From: Xylella taiwanensis
Lineage (GTDB): Bacteria > Pseudomonadota > Gammaproteobacteria > Xanthomonadales > Xanthomonadaceae
Assembly: GCF_013177435.1 (NCBI RefSeq)
Contig: NZ_CP053627.1
Coordinates: 630,001 to 662,000 of the forward strand
Direction of reading: 5' to 3'
DNA length: 32,000 nt
Shown: in pieces, positions 8,466 to 18,195 of the stretch
How positions within the stretch are numbered: position 1 is the stretch's first letter
How the letters are laid out: each line of letters opens with the position of its first letter
The notes under the pieces: model-generated
Told to the model about the DNA's origin: nothing
Databases searched by the model: none
Seen by the model: only the letters and a program-made list of their open reading frames with translations
Made by a program: the position numbers and the translations under genes

Positions 8466-11069
8466 ATGTCAGCTTCCCCTACTGCAGATCGCTGGATTGT
8501 TCTTAAATTTGGCGGCACTTCCGTGTCGCGTCGTCATCGTTGGGACACCATTGGGATGCTGGTGAAGAAACGCGTTGAGGAGCATGGAGCACGCGTGCTG
8601 ATTGTGGTTTCGGCACTATCTGGTGTGACGAACGAGCTGACGGCGATTGCTGAAGGAGTCGTTGACAGCGCGCAGCGCGTGGCTGCATTGGAACAGCGTC
8701 ATCGCGATTTCTTGGCTGAGCTTGGACTGAATGCAGAAGTGGTGCTTGGCACACGCTTCACCATCTTGTGGGACCTTCTCGATGATGCGCGTGCGGTGAC
8801 GCGCTCACTGGATTGGCAGGCTGAGCTGCTGGGGCAAGGTGAATTGTTGTCCTCCACACTTGGTGCAGCTTATCTGCGTGCTTCCGGGGTGGACATCAAT
8901 TGGACGGATGCACGTGACTGGCTGACAGCGTTACCACCACAGCCGAACCAGAGTGAATGGTCGAAACGTCTGTCTGTGTCCTGTCAATGGCAGGCTGATG
9001 GAGATTGGCGTACACGTTTCGACGCGCAGCCGTCTCCGGTACTCATCACTCAGGGGTTTATCTCGCGCCACCAGGATGGTGGCACTGCCATCCTGGGGCG
9101 TGGTGGCTCGGATACTTCAGCTGCGTATTTCGGTGCATTGCTTGGTGCGGCGTGCGTCGAAATCTGGACCGACGTGCCAGGGATGTTCAGTGCGAACCCG
9201 AAGGAAGTCCCTGACGCGCGTTTGCTGACCCGCCTGGATTACTACGAGGCACAGGAAATCGCCACGACTGGCGCGAAGGTGCTGCATCCGCGTTCGATCA
9301 AGCCATGCCGTGATACTGGCGTGCCGATGGCTATCCTGGATACTGAGCGGCCCGAGTTGTTGGGCACCCGTATTGATGCTGAGGTTGAGCCAGTGCCTGG
9401 TGTGAAGGCGATCAGCCGTCGTGACGGCATCGTATTGGTGTCGATGGAGGGGATTGGCATGTGGCAGCAGGTTGGTTTTCTTGCCGATGTGTTCGCATTG
9501 TTCAAGAAACACGGTTTGTCGGTGGACCTGATCGGCTCTGCAGAAACCAATGTGACCGTGTCGTTGGACCCGTCCGAGAACCTGGTCAACACTGACGTGT
9601 TGGCGGCGTTATCAACCGATTTGTCGCAGATCTGCAAAGTCAAAATCATCGTGCCTTGCGCTGCGATCACTTTGGTAGGGCGTGGTATGCGTTCGCTACT
9701 GCACAAACTCTCGGCGGTATGGGCCACGTTCGGCAAGGAACGTGTCCACATGATCTCGCAGTCCTCCAACGATCTGAATCTGACATTTGTGATCGATGAG
9801 ACTGATGCTGATGGATTACTGGCGGTGCTGCATTCCAAGTTGATTGATAGCGGCGCGATGCCAGTGCAAGAACGTGCAGTTTTCGGTCTGCGTTGGCGCG
9901 AAATCATCGGTCACGTACGTTCGCGCGTGACGCCTTGGTGGCACGATGCCCGCACCCGTTTACTGACCATGGATCAAAAGGACACCGGCCCTTGCTATGT
10001 CTACCATGTGCCGACGGTGCGCGAACGTGCACGGCAGCTGACGGCGGTGGGTGCCGTGGATCAGCGCTACTACGCCATCAAGGCCAACCCACATCCGGCG
10101 ATTCTGCGTGCATTGCTTGAGGAAGGCTTTGGACTGGAGTGTGTGTCATTGGGTGAACTGCGCCACGTGTTCGCTGTGGTACCGAAGATAGTTCCGTCGC
10201 GCGTGTTATTCACCCCAAGCTTTGCTCCGCGTGCTGAGTATGAGCAGGCGTTCGCGCTGGGCGTCAACGTGACCTTGGACAATGTCGAGGCGTTGCATCT
10301 CTGGCCGGAAGTGTTCCGTAACCGTACGTTCTGGTTACGCATTGATCTAGGTCATGGAGAGGGTCATCACGAGAAAGTCACCACAGGCGGCAAGGCATCC
10401 AAATTTGGTCTTTCGGCAACGCGTGTCGACGAATTTATTGACGTTGCCAAGACGCTGAACATCACCGTGACTGGTTTGCATGCCCATCTTGGCAGCGGTG
10501 TGGAGACCGGCAACCATTGGGCTCGGATGTACGATGAATTGGCTGGTTTTGCGCGCCGCATAGGCAGTGTCTGTACGCTGGATATCGGTGGTGGCTTACC
10601 GATCCCGTACAGAGCTGATGACGAACTGTTTGACTTGGAAGCGTGGGCGCTCAGCTTGGCCGAAGTCAAAGCGTTGCATCCGAAGTTCCAATTGGTGATC
10701 GAGCCAGGTCGTTTCCTGGTTGCTGAGGCAGGTGTGCTCCTGACCCGGGTGACCCAGGTGATTGAAAAGGATGGCATCCGTCGCGTTGGCTTGGAGGCTG
10801 GCATGCATACTCTGATCCGCCCTGCACTTTACGATGCCTGGCACGGCATAGAGAACCTCAGCCGCTTGGGGGAGACACCATCTGTACTATGCGATGTAGT
10901 GGGTCCTGTCTGTGAGTCCTCCGACGTGTTTGGCCGCCGCCGCTACCTTCCAGCCGCCACCGTTCCTGGCGATCTGATGTTGGTTGCCGATACCGGCGCC
11001 TATGGTTTCTCGATGGCCAGCACCTACAATCTGCGTGGCCTTCCGGGCGAGGTCGTGCTTGATGCCTGA
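8466..11069 (+). CDS. Bifunctional aspartokinase / diaminopimelate decarboxylase (LysC-LysA fusion)
   Basis: N-terminal half: aspartokinase motif (VLKFGGTSV) and ACT-like repeats. C-terminal half: PLP-dependent group IV decarboxylase motifs (YAIKANP, GGGLPIPY, EPGRFLVAEAG, CESSD). The start was taken at ATG 8466 (MSASPTADRWIVLKFGG). In-frame upstream starts at 8334 and 8406 are possible. Confidence 0.9.
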   Translation: MSASPTADRWIVLKFGGTSVSRRHRWDTIGMLVKKRVEEHGARVLIVVSALSGVTNELTAIAEGVVDSAQRVAALEQRHRDFLAELGLNAEVVLGTRFTILWDLLDDARAVTRSLDWQAELLGQGELLSSTLGAAYLRASGVDINWTDARDWLTALPPQPNQSEWSKRLSVSCQWQADGDWRTRFDAQPSPVLITQGFISRHQDGGTAILGRGGSDTSAAYFGALLGAACVEIWTDVPGMFSANPKEVPDARLLTRLDYYEAQEIATTGAKVLHPRSIKPCRDTGVPMAILDTERPELLGTRIDAEVEPVPGVKAISRRDGIVLVSMEGIGMWQQVGFLADVFALFKKHGLSVDLIGSAETNVTVSLDPSENLVNTDVLAALSTDLSQICKVKIIVPCAAITLVGRGMRSLLHKLSAVWATFGKERVHMISQSSNDLNLTFVIDETDADGLLAVLHSKLIDSGAMPVQERAVFGLRWREIIGHVRSRVTPWWHDARTRLLTMDQKDTGPCYVYHVPTVRERARQLTAVGAVDQRYYAIKANPHPAILRALLEEGFGLECVSLGELRHVFAVVPKIVPSRVLFTPSFAPRAEYEQAFALGVNVTLDNVEALHLWPEVFRNRTFWLRIDLGHGEGHHEKVTTGGKASKFGLSATRVDEFIDVAKTLNITVTGLHAHLGSGVETGNHWARMYDELAGFARRIGSVCTLDIGGGLPIPYRADDELFDLEAWALSLAEVKALHPKFQLVIEPGRFLVAEAGVLLTRVTQVIEKDGIRRVGLEAGMHTLIRPALYDAWHGIENLSRLGETPSVLCDVVGPVCESSDVFGRRRYLPAATVPGDLMLVADTGAYGFSMASTYNLRGLPGEVVLDA

Positions 11070-11159
11070 GTGGTGTTACGGTCCCGTTGTAACCACGATC
11101 ATATTGCTCGTGTATCTTGCTGTACGGGGACTGTTGACCTGTCAGTTTCTGGAGTTTCC

Positions 11160-12521
11160 ATGACGGCCACCTTCGATAAATCCCAGGTCTCTACATTTCG
11201 CTTTGTTCGCTGCACATTGGATGCACAGACTGGTGTTGTTGCGTTGGTGTATGCCTTCGACCGGGGACCGGAATTCGTGGAAACAATCACGGTGCCTGGT
11301 GCCCCGTTTGTGTTGGAGGGCGCGCGTGCCGCGGCGGTACGGCAGGCATTGCGCCTGCTGCACCTGATCGCTGGCGTGAGTTATTACAAAGCAGTCGTGC
11401 CGGCTACGGTGGCGATCGACGATGATGCGATTGATACCGAGACCGCTGCTCTGGTGGAGCAAGTGTACTTCTACGGATTGAGCGAATTCGCCTATCGTAA
11501 TGGGTTGAATTTGCATGGCCGATTCCAATTGCCGGTGCAGGCCACCGTGTCAACGGTCCCTGCATCGGCGGCCGGTTTGCGTGAACACGCGCTGGTGGCG
11601 ATGGGTGGCGGTAAGGATTCGTTGGTCAGTATCGAGACATTGCGCGCGGCCGGTATGAATCAGAGTGTGGTGTGGATCGGTGGTTCGCAGTTGATCCGTG
11701 CCTGCGCTGACCGTACAGGTCTTCCGCTGCTCAACATTGGACGCATGCTCGCTCCAGAATTATTCGAGTTGAACCGCCAAGGTGCCTGGAATGGACATAT
11801 CCCGGTGACCGCCATTAACTCGGCGATCTTGGTGTTGGTTGCATTGCTGCATGGTGTCGACCAGGTTGTGTTTTCCAATGAGCGTTCAGCCAGCTATGGC
11901 AGTGTCATCCCGGGTACAGGCGAGGTGAACCATCAGTGGTCCAAGGGCTGGGCATTCGAGCAGCATTTCAGTGACTATGTACAGCGCCGTGTTGCTGCCG
12001 ATTTGCGTTACTACTCCTTATTACGTCCTCTTTCGGAATTGGCAGTGGCGCGGCAGTTTGCACACTGTGTCCGCTACGATGCCTATTTTTCGAGTTGCAA
12101 TCGCAATTTTCACATCCTGGGTGAACGCCCTGTGCATCGCTGGTGCGGGCAATGTCCCAAGTGCCACTTCGTGTTCTTGGCACTAGCACCGTTCATGCCA
12201 AAAACGCGTCTGGTTGGCATTTTTGGCCGCAATTTGTTGGATGATGCTAGCCAGGCGGGTGGTTTCGATGCTCTGCTTGAATGGCTGGATTACAAGCCTT
12301 TCGAGTGTGTAGGTGAAGCACGCGAGTCCCGTACGGCGCTGGCCGTGTTGGCGACGCGCGCTGAATGGCAGGAAGATGCCCTGGTAATGCGCTTCATCCG
12401 TGAAATCCAACCGCACCTGGATCCTGCCGAGTTACACCTGGCCCCCTTGTTGACCTTGTCTGATGAGCATCGCATCCCCGCAGGCCTATGGGAGCGCGTG
12501 AGTGCACATTTCTGCGCTTGA
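11160..12521 (+). CDS. murL: UDP-MurNAc-L-Ala-L-Glu epimerase-like protein (MurL family)
   Basis: 453-aa ORF translationally coupled to the MurD paralog downstream. It has a PP-loop-like MGGGKDS (11601-11621) and a C-x2-C-x2-C cluster [11 protein letters not shown] (12144-12164). GGAG at 11151-11154 precedes ATG 11160. The family assignment comes from my recollection of the Xanthomonas MurD2/MurL pair, not from an alignment. Confidence 0.7.
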   Translation: MTATFDKSQVSTFRFVRCTLDAQTGVVALVYAFDRGPEFVETITVPGAPFVLEGARAAAVRQALRLLHLIAGVSYYKAVVPATVAIDDDAIDTETAALVEQVYFYGLSEFAYRNGLNLHGRFQLPVQATVSTVPASAAGLREHALVAMGGGKDSLVSIETLRAAGMNQSVVWIGGSQLIRACADRTGLPLLNIGRMLAPELFELNRQGAWNGHIPVTAINSAILVLVALLHGVDQVVFSNERSASYGSVIPGTGEVNHQWSKGWAFEQHFSDYVQRRVAADLRYYSLLRPLSELAVARQFAHCVRYDAYFSSCNRNFHILGERPVHRWCGQCPKCHFVFLALAPFMPKTRLVGIFGRNLLDDASQAGGFDALLEWLDYKPFECVGEARESRTALAVLATRAEWQEDALVMRFIREIQPHLDPAELHLAPLLTLSDEHRIPAGLWERVSAHFCA

Positions 12522-13905
12522 AGGTTGCTGTATTGCACTATGGGGCTGGGGGCGCGAAAGCCGCGCCGCCTATCGTGCACTCCGTGCCGCGTTCCCGAAG
12601 CAGCCATTGACGTTGTTCTGCACGATGGCCGAAGCGACTGATGTGCAGGCACTGGCTGACCCTGCACTGTGCATCGAAACCGAGGTCAGTGTTTCCCGAA
12701 TTGCCGCCTTCGACACGGTGATCAAGTCGCCCGGTATCAGTCCTTACACCCCGGTGGCTGTCGCCGCTGCCGCTGCTGGCGTGCATTTCATTGGCGGTAC
12801 CCAATTGTGGTTCACAGCGCATGCTGATGCGGATGGTTTGGTGCCTGGTGCCGTGTGCGTCACCGGGACCAAGGGCAAGAGCACGACGACGGCACTGCTG
12901 GCGCACCTGTTGCGTGCGGGGGGCCATTGCACAGCACTGGCCGGTAACATCGGCGTGCCGTTGCTGGAGTTGCTGACACCGCAGCCGGCCCCCGAATATT
13001 GGGCCATCGAATTGTCCAGCTATCAGACTGGAGACGTTGCACGCAGTGGGGCACGACCCGCACTGGCGCTGGTGTTGAATGTGTTTCCCGAGCACTTGGA
13101 TTGGCATGGCGATGAGCAGCGCTATATCAACGACAAGCTCAGTCTGGTGACGGCGGCGCGACCGCGTATCGCTCTGCTCAATGCCGCCGATCCGCATTTG
13201 GCGTCGTTGGCATTACCACACAGTGAGTTGCGTTGGTTCAACCGGCGTGATGGCTGGCACGTGCGCGGACCGATGGTGTATCGCGGTGAGCAGGCCGTGC
13301 TTGATACCACGTCGATTCCCCTGCCTGGAGTGCACAACCGCAGCAATGTATGTGCAGTGCTGGCCACACTCGAAGCGCTGGGGTTGAATGCGGTGGCGTT
13401 GGCACCTGCTGCATTGCACTTCCGTCCACTGCCCAACCGCTTGCAGCTGCTGGGTGAGCGTGACAACGTTCTCTGGGTCAACGATTCGATCAGTACGACG
13501 CCACATGCCACTTTGGCGGCGTTGGATTGCTTCCCCGAGCACCGCGTGGCGGTACTGGTGGGGGGCTATGATCGTGGGGTGGATTGGGAGAGCTTTGCTG
13601 CCCGGATGGTGCAGCGAGCGCCACTGGAAATTATCACGATGGGGGCCAACGGGCCGCATATCCACGCACTGCTGGCGCCATTGGCCGCAGGCCGATTTGG
13701 ACTGCATGCGGCTGTGGATCTCCCGCAGGCGATAGCGTTGGCACGTGCAGCGCTGGGCGCACAGGGAGGGGTGCTGCTGCTTTCGCCTGGAGCGCCGAGT
13801 TTTGGCGCTTATCAGGACTATGTGGCGCGAGGCCGCCACTTTGCCATCCTGGCGGGTTTCGATCCGGACGTGATCAGCGCCATTCCTGGGCTTGGTATCG
13901 CTTGA
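12502..13905 (+). CDS. murD2: UDP-N-acetylmuramoyl-L-alanine--L-glutamate ligase (MurD paralog, MurD2 type)
   Basis: Mur ligase P-loop [14 protein letters not shown] and MurD-like N-terminal Rossmann region ([17 protein letters not shown]). GTG start at 12502 overlaps the murL stop by 20 nt. It is located outside a dcw cluster. Confidence 0.85.
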   Translation: MHISALEGCCIALWGWGRESRAAYRALRAAFPKQPLTLFCTMAEATDVQALADPALCIETEVSVSRIAAFDTVIKSPGISPYTPVAVAAAAAGVHFIGGTQLWFTAHADADGLVPGAVCVTGTKGKSTTTALLAHLLRAGGHCTALAGNIGVPLLELLTPQPAPEYWAIELSSYQTGDVARSGARPALALVLNVFPEHLDWHGDEQRYINDKLSLVTAARPRIALLNAADPHLASLALPHSELRWFNRRDGWHVRGPMVYRGEQAVLDTTSIPLPGVHNRSNVCAVLATLEALGLNAVALAPAALHFRPLPNRLQLLGERDNVLWVNDSISTTPHATLAALDCFPEHRVAVLVGGYDRGVDWESFAARMVQRAPLEIITMGANGPHIHALLAPLAAGRFGLHAAVDLPQAIALARAALGAQGGVLLLSPGAPSFGAYQDYVARGRHFAILAGFDPDVISAIPGLGIA

Positions 13906-13979
13906 CCTCACCTTTGATTGATTAAAAAGTGGTGATGATCGGTCAAATCCGGTGTTGTACGATTTTCCGTTCACTTGAC

Positions 13980-14720
13980 TAACAAGCCCTGTATGCAGCG
14001 CTGCCACGACCCCATCGGTACCTACACGAACCTTTGGTGGCGGCAGGCAAGCGGCGGTGCAACAGAGCAGCCAAGCCTGGACACTGCTGAGCGATAGCGG
14101 GTGGCTGCTTCTGAACCAGGGCATCAGTCACCTGTTCACCCCGCAGGTATTCCAGGTGTTCTGCATCCAGCAACTCTGCACCAATACCTCAATACCCGCA
14201 CCGCAGCCCATCCGCACGGGGCGGGTACACGTCTCTGGGAACAGGCCGTCGTGGACTTGATGGCCACCCAATACAACGCTAACGGCGACCTGGGCCCGGT
14301 TAAAGTGGCTCAGGTGATCCCCGGCGAGCACGTGCTTGGAGGAGGACTCGCTGCTCTCCAAAGACCGCATCAGCACTATTCAGCAGCTGCTGGTGGACAT
14401 TGCCTCTCTGAAACGGATTGTCGGACGAGCAGAAGAGCGACACCACCGTGTGCGCCGACGGCATTCTCAACCCCATGCGCCGCGTGGCTGGACTGGCCTT
14501 GCAGATGATGCCGACGCATCCGGATCAGGATGCGATCAAGTGATCAGGCTCAACCTCCCTCAACACCACCTACCTCGTGCATACGAAGCATACGCATCTG
14601 TTGGGTGAACGAGTGGTGGCCGGCCTGGAGAAGCTGCTACAGATCAGCAAGGGGTGGATGGCCAGCCCGGTATCGCGGCTGCAGGCTGAGATGGCGCAGT
14701 CTCTCTGTATCACGAGTTGA
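13980..14720 (+). pseudogene. Possible frame-broken remnant of an unidentified gene
   Basis: GC content is normal. Same-strand ORF pieces occur in three frames (14057-14260, 14101-14508, 14336-14608 and a tail ending at TGA about 14718). Peptides read sensibly across frame switches: ...VVDLMATQYNANGDLGPVKVAQVIPGEHVL / EEDSLLSKDRISTIQQLLVDIASLKRIVGRAEE / DTTVCADGILNPMRRVAGLALQMMPTHPDQDAIK / LLGERVVAGLEKLLQISKGWMASPVSRLQAEMAQSL. I did not recognise a family. Confidence 0.3.
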
Positions 14721-14729
14721 CCGATAAAG

Positions 14730-15900
14730 AGATGACTCAACACTGGTTGATTTAAACAATCAAGTGTCAGAGGCAATATGTGCTTCATGCATTGAGTAGA
14801 TATGGAACCACGTATTGTGCGTAGAGTGGGATGTCGCTGAGGTGGAAGATGCCTTGTCTATCTATCCACTTTGATGGCGGGATAATGTTCTGAATGAAAA
14901 AGAAATCTTGAACTAGATAATTTTCTATCCTTATTACTGCATTTAATCCAGTGGATCAGCTATTCATAATGCTTGTAATGGTATGACTTGTCGGGTGTAA
15001 CTTAATTATGGCTTAAAGCTCACGCTTGCTAGGAGAATGGATTGAACAAAATGAAAAAAGAACAACACAAACGAAGTAAGAAAAGAGGGAAGTGGTAGAG
15101 GTGATGTATCTCAAAATTTCTTTCTTCATCTCGAAACAAGTCAAGGAACTGTTTTTTTATTTCACTCAACTGTGCACGAGGCTACCGTGAATATCTTTAA
15201 TCTCAAAACACAATTTGAAGTGACAGGAAACATGACTAAGAAAGGTGCTGATCGGGTTGGATTACTTTTGGCAATTTCTATCCTTCTCATTAGTATTTTT
15301 GTGGGAGTGGCATTGCTGAGATATGTTTTTTTATAAAAATTTATCGCTTCAAGTGTCACTGTGATTCAATAGCAAACTTGTTTTCAAGGTTGCATTTAAA
15401 GTGGTTTTACGTTGTTTATGAACAATCTGAAAAAATGATGGAAAAATCATTCTGACCTCAAACAAAGTCCTACAGGATTTTTTTTCTGGACGAATGTCGA
15501 TATCCAGCGAGATGGTGTCTGTACAGGGATGTTTCTTATGCCAGCTAGCGGGATTGTTGGAATGAGAAATTTTTAAGATTCATTTTAAACCTGCTAGTTG
15601 GTTTCCGAATTCGTATGATGATGTTCAAGGTACGTTGTGGTTCCGATGTGAAGACAAGAATTTTTATTCCTTATTAAAGTTCATTATTACAGTCATCTCT
15701 GTTTATGAAATTTCACGTTCCTGCGATCATTGTGAGGATTCATGTATATAGGGAGTTGGTTGTTTAATCATGTGATGGACAGTACTAAAGTAGTGTGAGT
15801 GTCATAGCACCTCTTTAGATGGCTGTCTGGATATGGAACATGTCATCCATGTTTTGGAGTGAGGGATATCCTGGAAAGGAATGGGATATGTATCAGGTGG
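14730..15900. other. AT-rich block, about 25-37% GC by hand counts of individual 60-nt lines versus about 50-57% in flanking lines, with no ORF of 60 codons or more that looks real
   Basis: Hand counts: line 14881 gives 16/60 GC, 15061 gives 22/60, 15361 gives 19/60 and 15661 gives 15/60. For comparison, line 9001 gives 34/60 and 15901 gives 30/60. Boundaries are approximate. Confidence 0.7.
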
Positions 15901-16459
15901 ATAAGCGCCGAGTGTGAACGTAACAGTGACGATGGCTGGTGTGTCTGCAATTGAATGGGTCGTATTTTGGAACCTGACTCCATCACTCGATTCCTGTATG
16001 CATCTGTATTGATGGATCAGGTGGAGAAGATACTTAAGATGAAGATGATACTGGCTGTCGATGCAGGTTGGTTTGCGTACTTGTATTGTTCCAACGATGT
16101 TTGTGCTGCTGGCGTGCTGTGCAAAGATTCTCGGGTGCGTTAGAGCATCCTATCTATTTATGATCGCAGCAGATAACGAATGTCTTTGTGCTGGCAATGT
16201 GGTGGCGATCACTGGTGCGGCACAGGTCTGTGTGCTGGCTGTCTCAGGTGTTTACGGATTCAGTGCCACTCCTGGCACACTGCCTCGAAGATCGAGCGCG
16301 GCGGGTGATCGCATCTGGATCCCTACGATGAGGAGCATGGTATGAAGGGATTTTTAGGCAGATTCGGCTGAATCGTATTGCTGGTTGATCACGAAACGCC
16401 TGAGACCTTTGTAGGCAAGCGTTTCGGGGTGAATCGGGTGGTTTGCCGGATTCGGATGA

Positions 16460-16544
<85 letters not shown>

Positions 16545-16559
16545 TTTTCAGGGGGATGG

Positions 16560-16588
16560 ATTATGAAAAGCCCCCTAAGCCCTGTCAA
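16560..16588 (-). promoter_or_regulatory. Sigma-70-type promoter for tRNA-Leu: -35 TTGACA (complement of 16583-16588), 17-nt spacer, -10 CATAAT (complement of 16560-16565)
   Basis: The minus strand reads GC TTGACA gggcttagggggctttt CATAAT ccatccccctgaaaa GCCCAGG. The -10 element ends 15 nt before the mature tRNA 5' end. Confidence 0.55.
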
Positions 16589-17235
16589 GCAAGCGGTAGT
16601 GCTCCCCCCTGGTGTCGTAAGCCATGGAAGGGGTGCTATGCCTGATGAGGTGTCGTGTGGTAGCGATGCATCATGCCCGCCTGTCGCTATAGATGGTGTG
16701 GCGATGCGCATTGTGACTTGCGTACGGTGAGATAGCGTAAACAGCGGCTATGACAATGCGGTGTTTTTTCAGGTGGCCAGAGCGGATCTTGCGATGCTCA
16801 TCCGATGCTCACTGAGTGATGTGCTATGAAGTGCGCAGCTGGAGATGCATCTAGGCACGAATACATGATAGGGGGGCGCTTCGTATGTTTGACCAAGTAG
16901 GGATGCAAAAGACATCTAAGACACTGAGTTATTTGGTACCGATCTATCGTTTCCCAGGTGTTGTTGTCTGTAAGCATTGGCGTCATCTATTCCACTGTCC
17001 AGACGACGATCCAATCCAGCGCAGGGGGCGTCTGTTCTTCGGGAAGATGTTGATTTACTTGCATGATCGTCTCCACCAGCGGTACCTATGCCGTCGGTGT
17101 ATTGACGTGGTGACCGCGTCCTTGTCGATGATGGGGAGGCAGGTGTCTTTGGGAAACCATTCGATGGGTGAAGAAAACAGCCGGTATGAGTCATCCTGTT
17201 GCATGCGATGACGCGATATCGGCAAGCTTGCGAGT

Positions 17236-18195
17236 ATGGCTGATTCTTTTCGATCTATTCATGTTGTAGCCGCTGTGATTGCTGATGTGCGGGGACGTTT
17301 GCTGTTGAGCAGGCGTACCGAAACCAGCGACATGCCGGGCTTGTGGGAATTTCCAGGGGGCAAGCGTGAATTTGGTGAGACTTCCGAGCAGGCGTTGATG
17401 CGCGAGTTGTATGAGGAACTGGGGATCAATGCTGAAATCGGCGATTGGTTGATGGAGGTGCCACAGTTGTATCCGGACAAACGTCTGTGCTTGGAAGTGC
17501 GGCGGGTACGTGCTTGGAAAGGGATACCGCGGGGACGTGAGGGGCAGGCGTTGACTTGGGTCGATCCCGATAAATTGATGCGTTATTCGATGCCTCCGGC
17601 TGACCAACCAGTGGTGGGTATGCTGTGTCAGCCCGCCCGCTACCTGGTCACACCTGAGCCGGGTGAGCCGGGTGAGCAGGAACGTGAGTGGCTGGAAGGC
17701 GTGGAGCGTGCGTATCGTTTTGGGATCGAGCGGATCCAGCTACGCATGCGTCAATACAATCCAGCGCGCTGGTCGGGGTTGGTGCGCGAAGCATTGCAAT
17801 GTCGTGGCCGTGCACATGTGGAAGTGTTGCTGAATCGGGATATTGCTTTGGCCCAGGCGTTGGGTGTTGGGGTGCATTTGGGGGCTGAACAGTTGGCTGT
17901 CTTGGATGCGCGGCCGTTGCCGACTGGATTGCCGGTCGGTGCTTCGTGTCATTGCTTGGCCGAGTTGCGTCATGCGCAGCGCATTGGTTGCGATTTCGCG
18001 GTGCTGGGCCCTGTGTTACCGACTGATAGCCATCCTGGTGCAGCGACGCTGGGTTGGGAGGGGTTTAAGCGGTTGCGCGAGCAGGTTGCGTTGCCAATCT
18101 ATGCGATCGGTGGGATGCGTGCTGATCAGGTCGAGGAAGCACGGCGTTACGGCGCTCAAGGGATTACTGCGATGCGTGGTCTGTGGCCGGGGTGA
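17236..18195 (+). CDS. Nudix hydrolase (MutT-like) fused to a thiamine-phosphate-synthase-like (ThiE/TenI fold) domain
   Basis: The Nudix box GGKREFGETSEQALMRELYEELGI lies in the N-terminal ~135 aa. The C-terminal ~170 aa is ThiE/TenI-like (IQLRMR..., GASCH, DFAVLGPVLPT, PIYAIGGM). I recall the same architecture in MutT homologs of other gamma-proteobacteria. Confidence 0.85.
   Translation: MADSFRSIHVVAAVIADVRGRLLLSRRTETSDMPGLWEFPGGKREFGETSEQALMRELYEELGINAEIGDWLMEVPQLYPDKRLCLEVRRVRAWKGIPRGREGQALTWVDPDKLMRYSMPPADQPVVGMLCQPARYLVTPEPGEPGEQEREWLEGVERAYRFGIERIQLRMRQYNPARWSGLVREALQCRGRAHVEVLLNRDIALAQALGVGVHLGAEQLAVLDARPLPTGLPVGASCHCLAELRHAQRIGCDFAVLGPVLPTDSHPGAATLGWEGFKRLREQVALPIYAIGGMRADQVEEARRYGAQGITAMRGLWPG
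17656..17677 (+). repeat. In-frame 9-bp tandem repeat (GAGCCGGGT x2 plus GAGC) encoding EPGEPGE at the Nudix/ThiE-like domain junction
   Basis: Read directly from the sequence: cct GAGCCGGGT GAGCCGGGT GAGC agg. Confidence 0.9.

Noticed and set aside
13213-14124. Long antisense ORFs: 303 aa at 13213-14124(-), 319 aa at 28281-29240(-), 221 aa at 9242-9907(-), 219 aa at 12538-13197(-), 155-159 aa inside lysS and rng, and others
   Set aside because: They lie opposite well-supported genes (murD2, tldD, the AK/DAPDC fusion, lysS, rng). They have Arg/Pro/Ser/His-rich low-complexity composition typical of shadow frames in GC-rich coding DNA, and they carry no motifs.
14342-14350. Possible att-type direct repeat of the tRNA-Leu 3' region (GAGGACTCG is also at 16472-16480)
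   Set aside because: The match is only 9 nt and the flanks do not match. This is expected by chance at this scale, so it gives no support for island boundaries.
14801-14810. The 10-mer GATATGGAAC recurs (near 2105, 14801 and 15831), and TCAAGTGTCA recurs (14759 and 15349)
   Set aside because: A rough expectation for repeated 10-mers in 32 kb is of order one or more, and there is no extended similarity around them.
16398-16459. TPP-riboswitch-like CTGAGACCTTTG next to the tRNA and upstream of the ThiE-like fusion
   Set aside because: It lacks the ACCCTTTGAACCTGATCTGG...GCGTAGGGA core. It lies about 775 nt upstream of the Nudix-fusion start with the tRNA gene in between, so it cannot serve as a thi gene leader.
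16885-17211. 108-aa ORF (and its 92-aa antisense partner) between tRNA-Leu and the Nudix gene
   Set aside because: The composition is Cys/His/Arg-rich, there is no RBS or motif, and both strands are open over the same DNA. This is more consistent with non-coding sequence.
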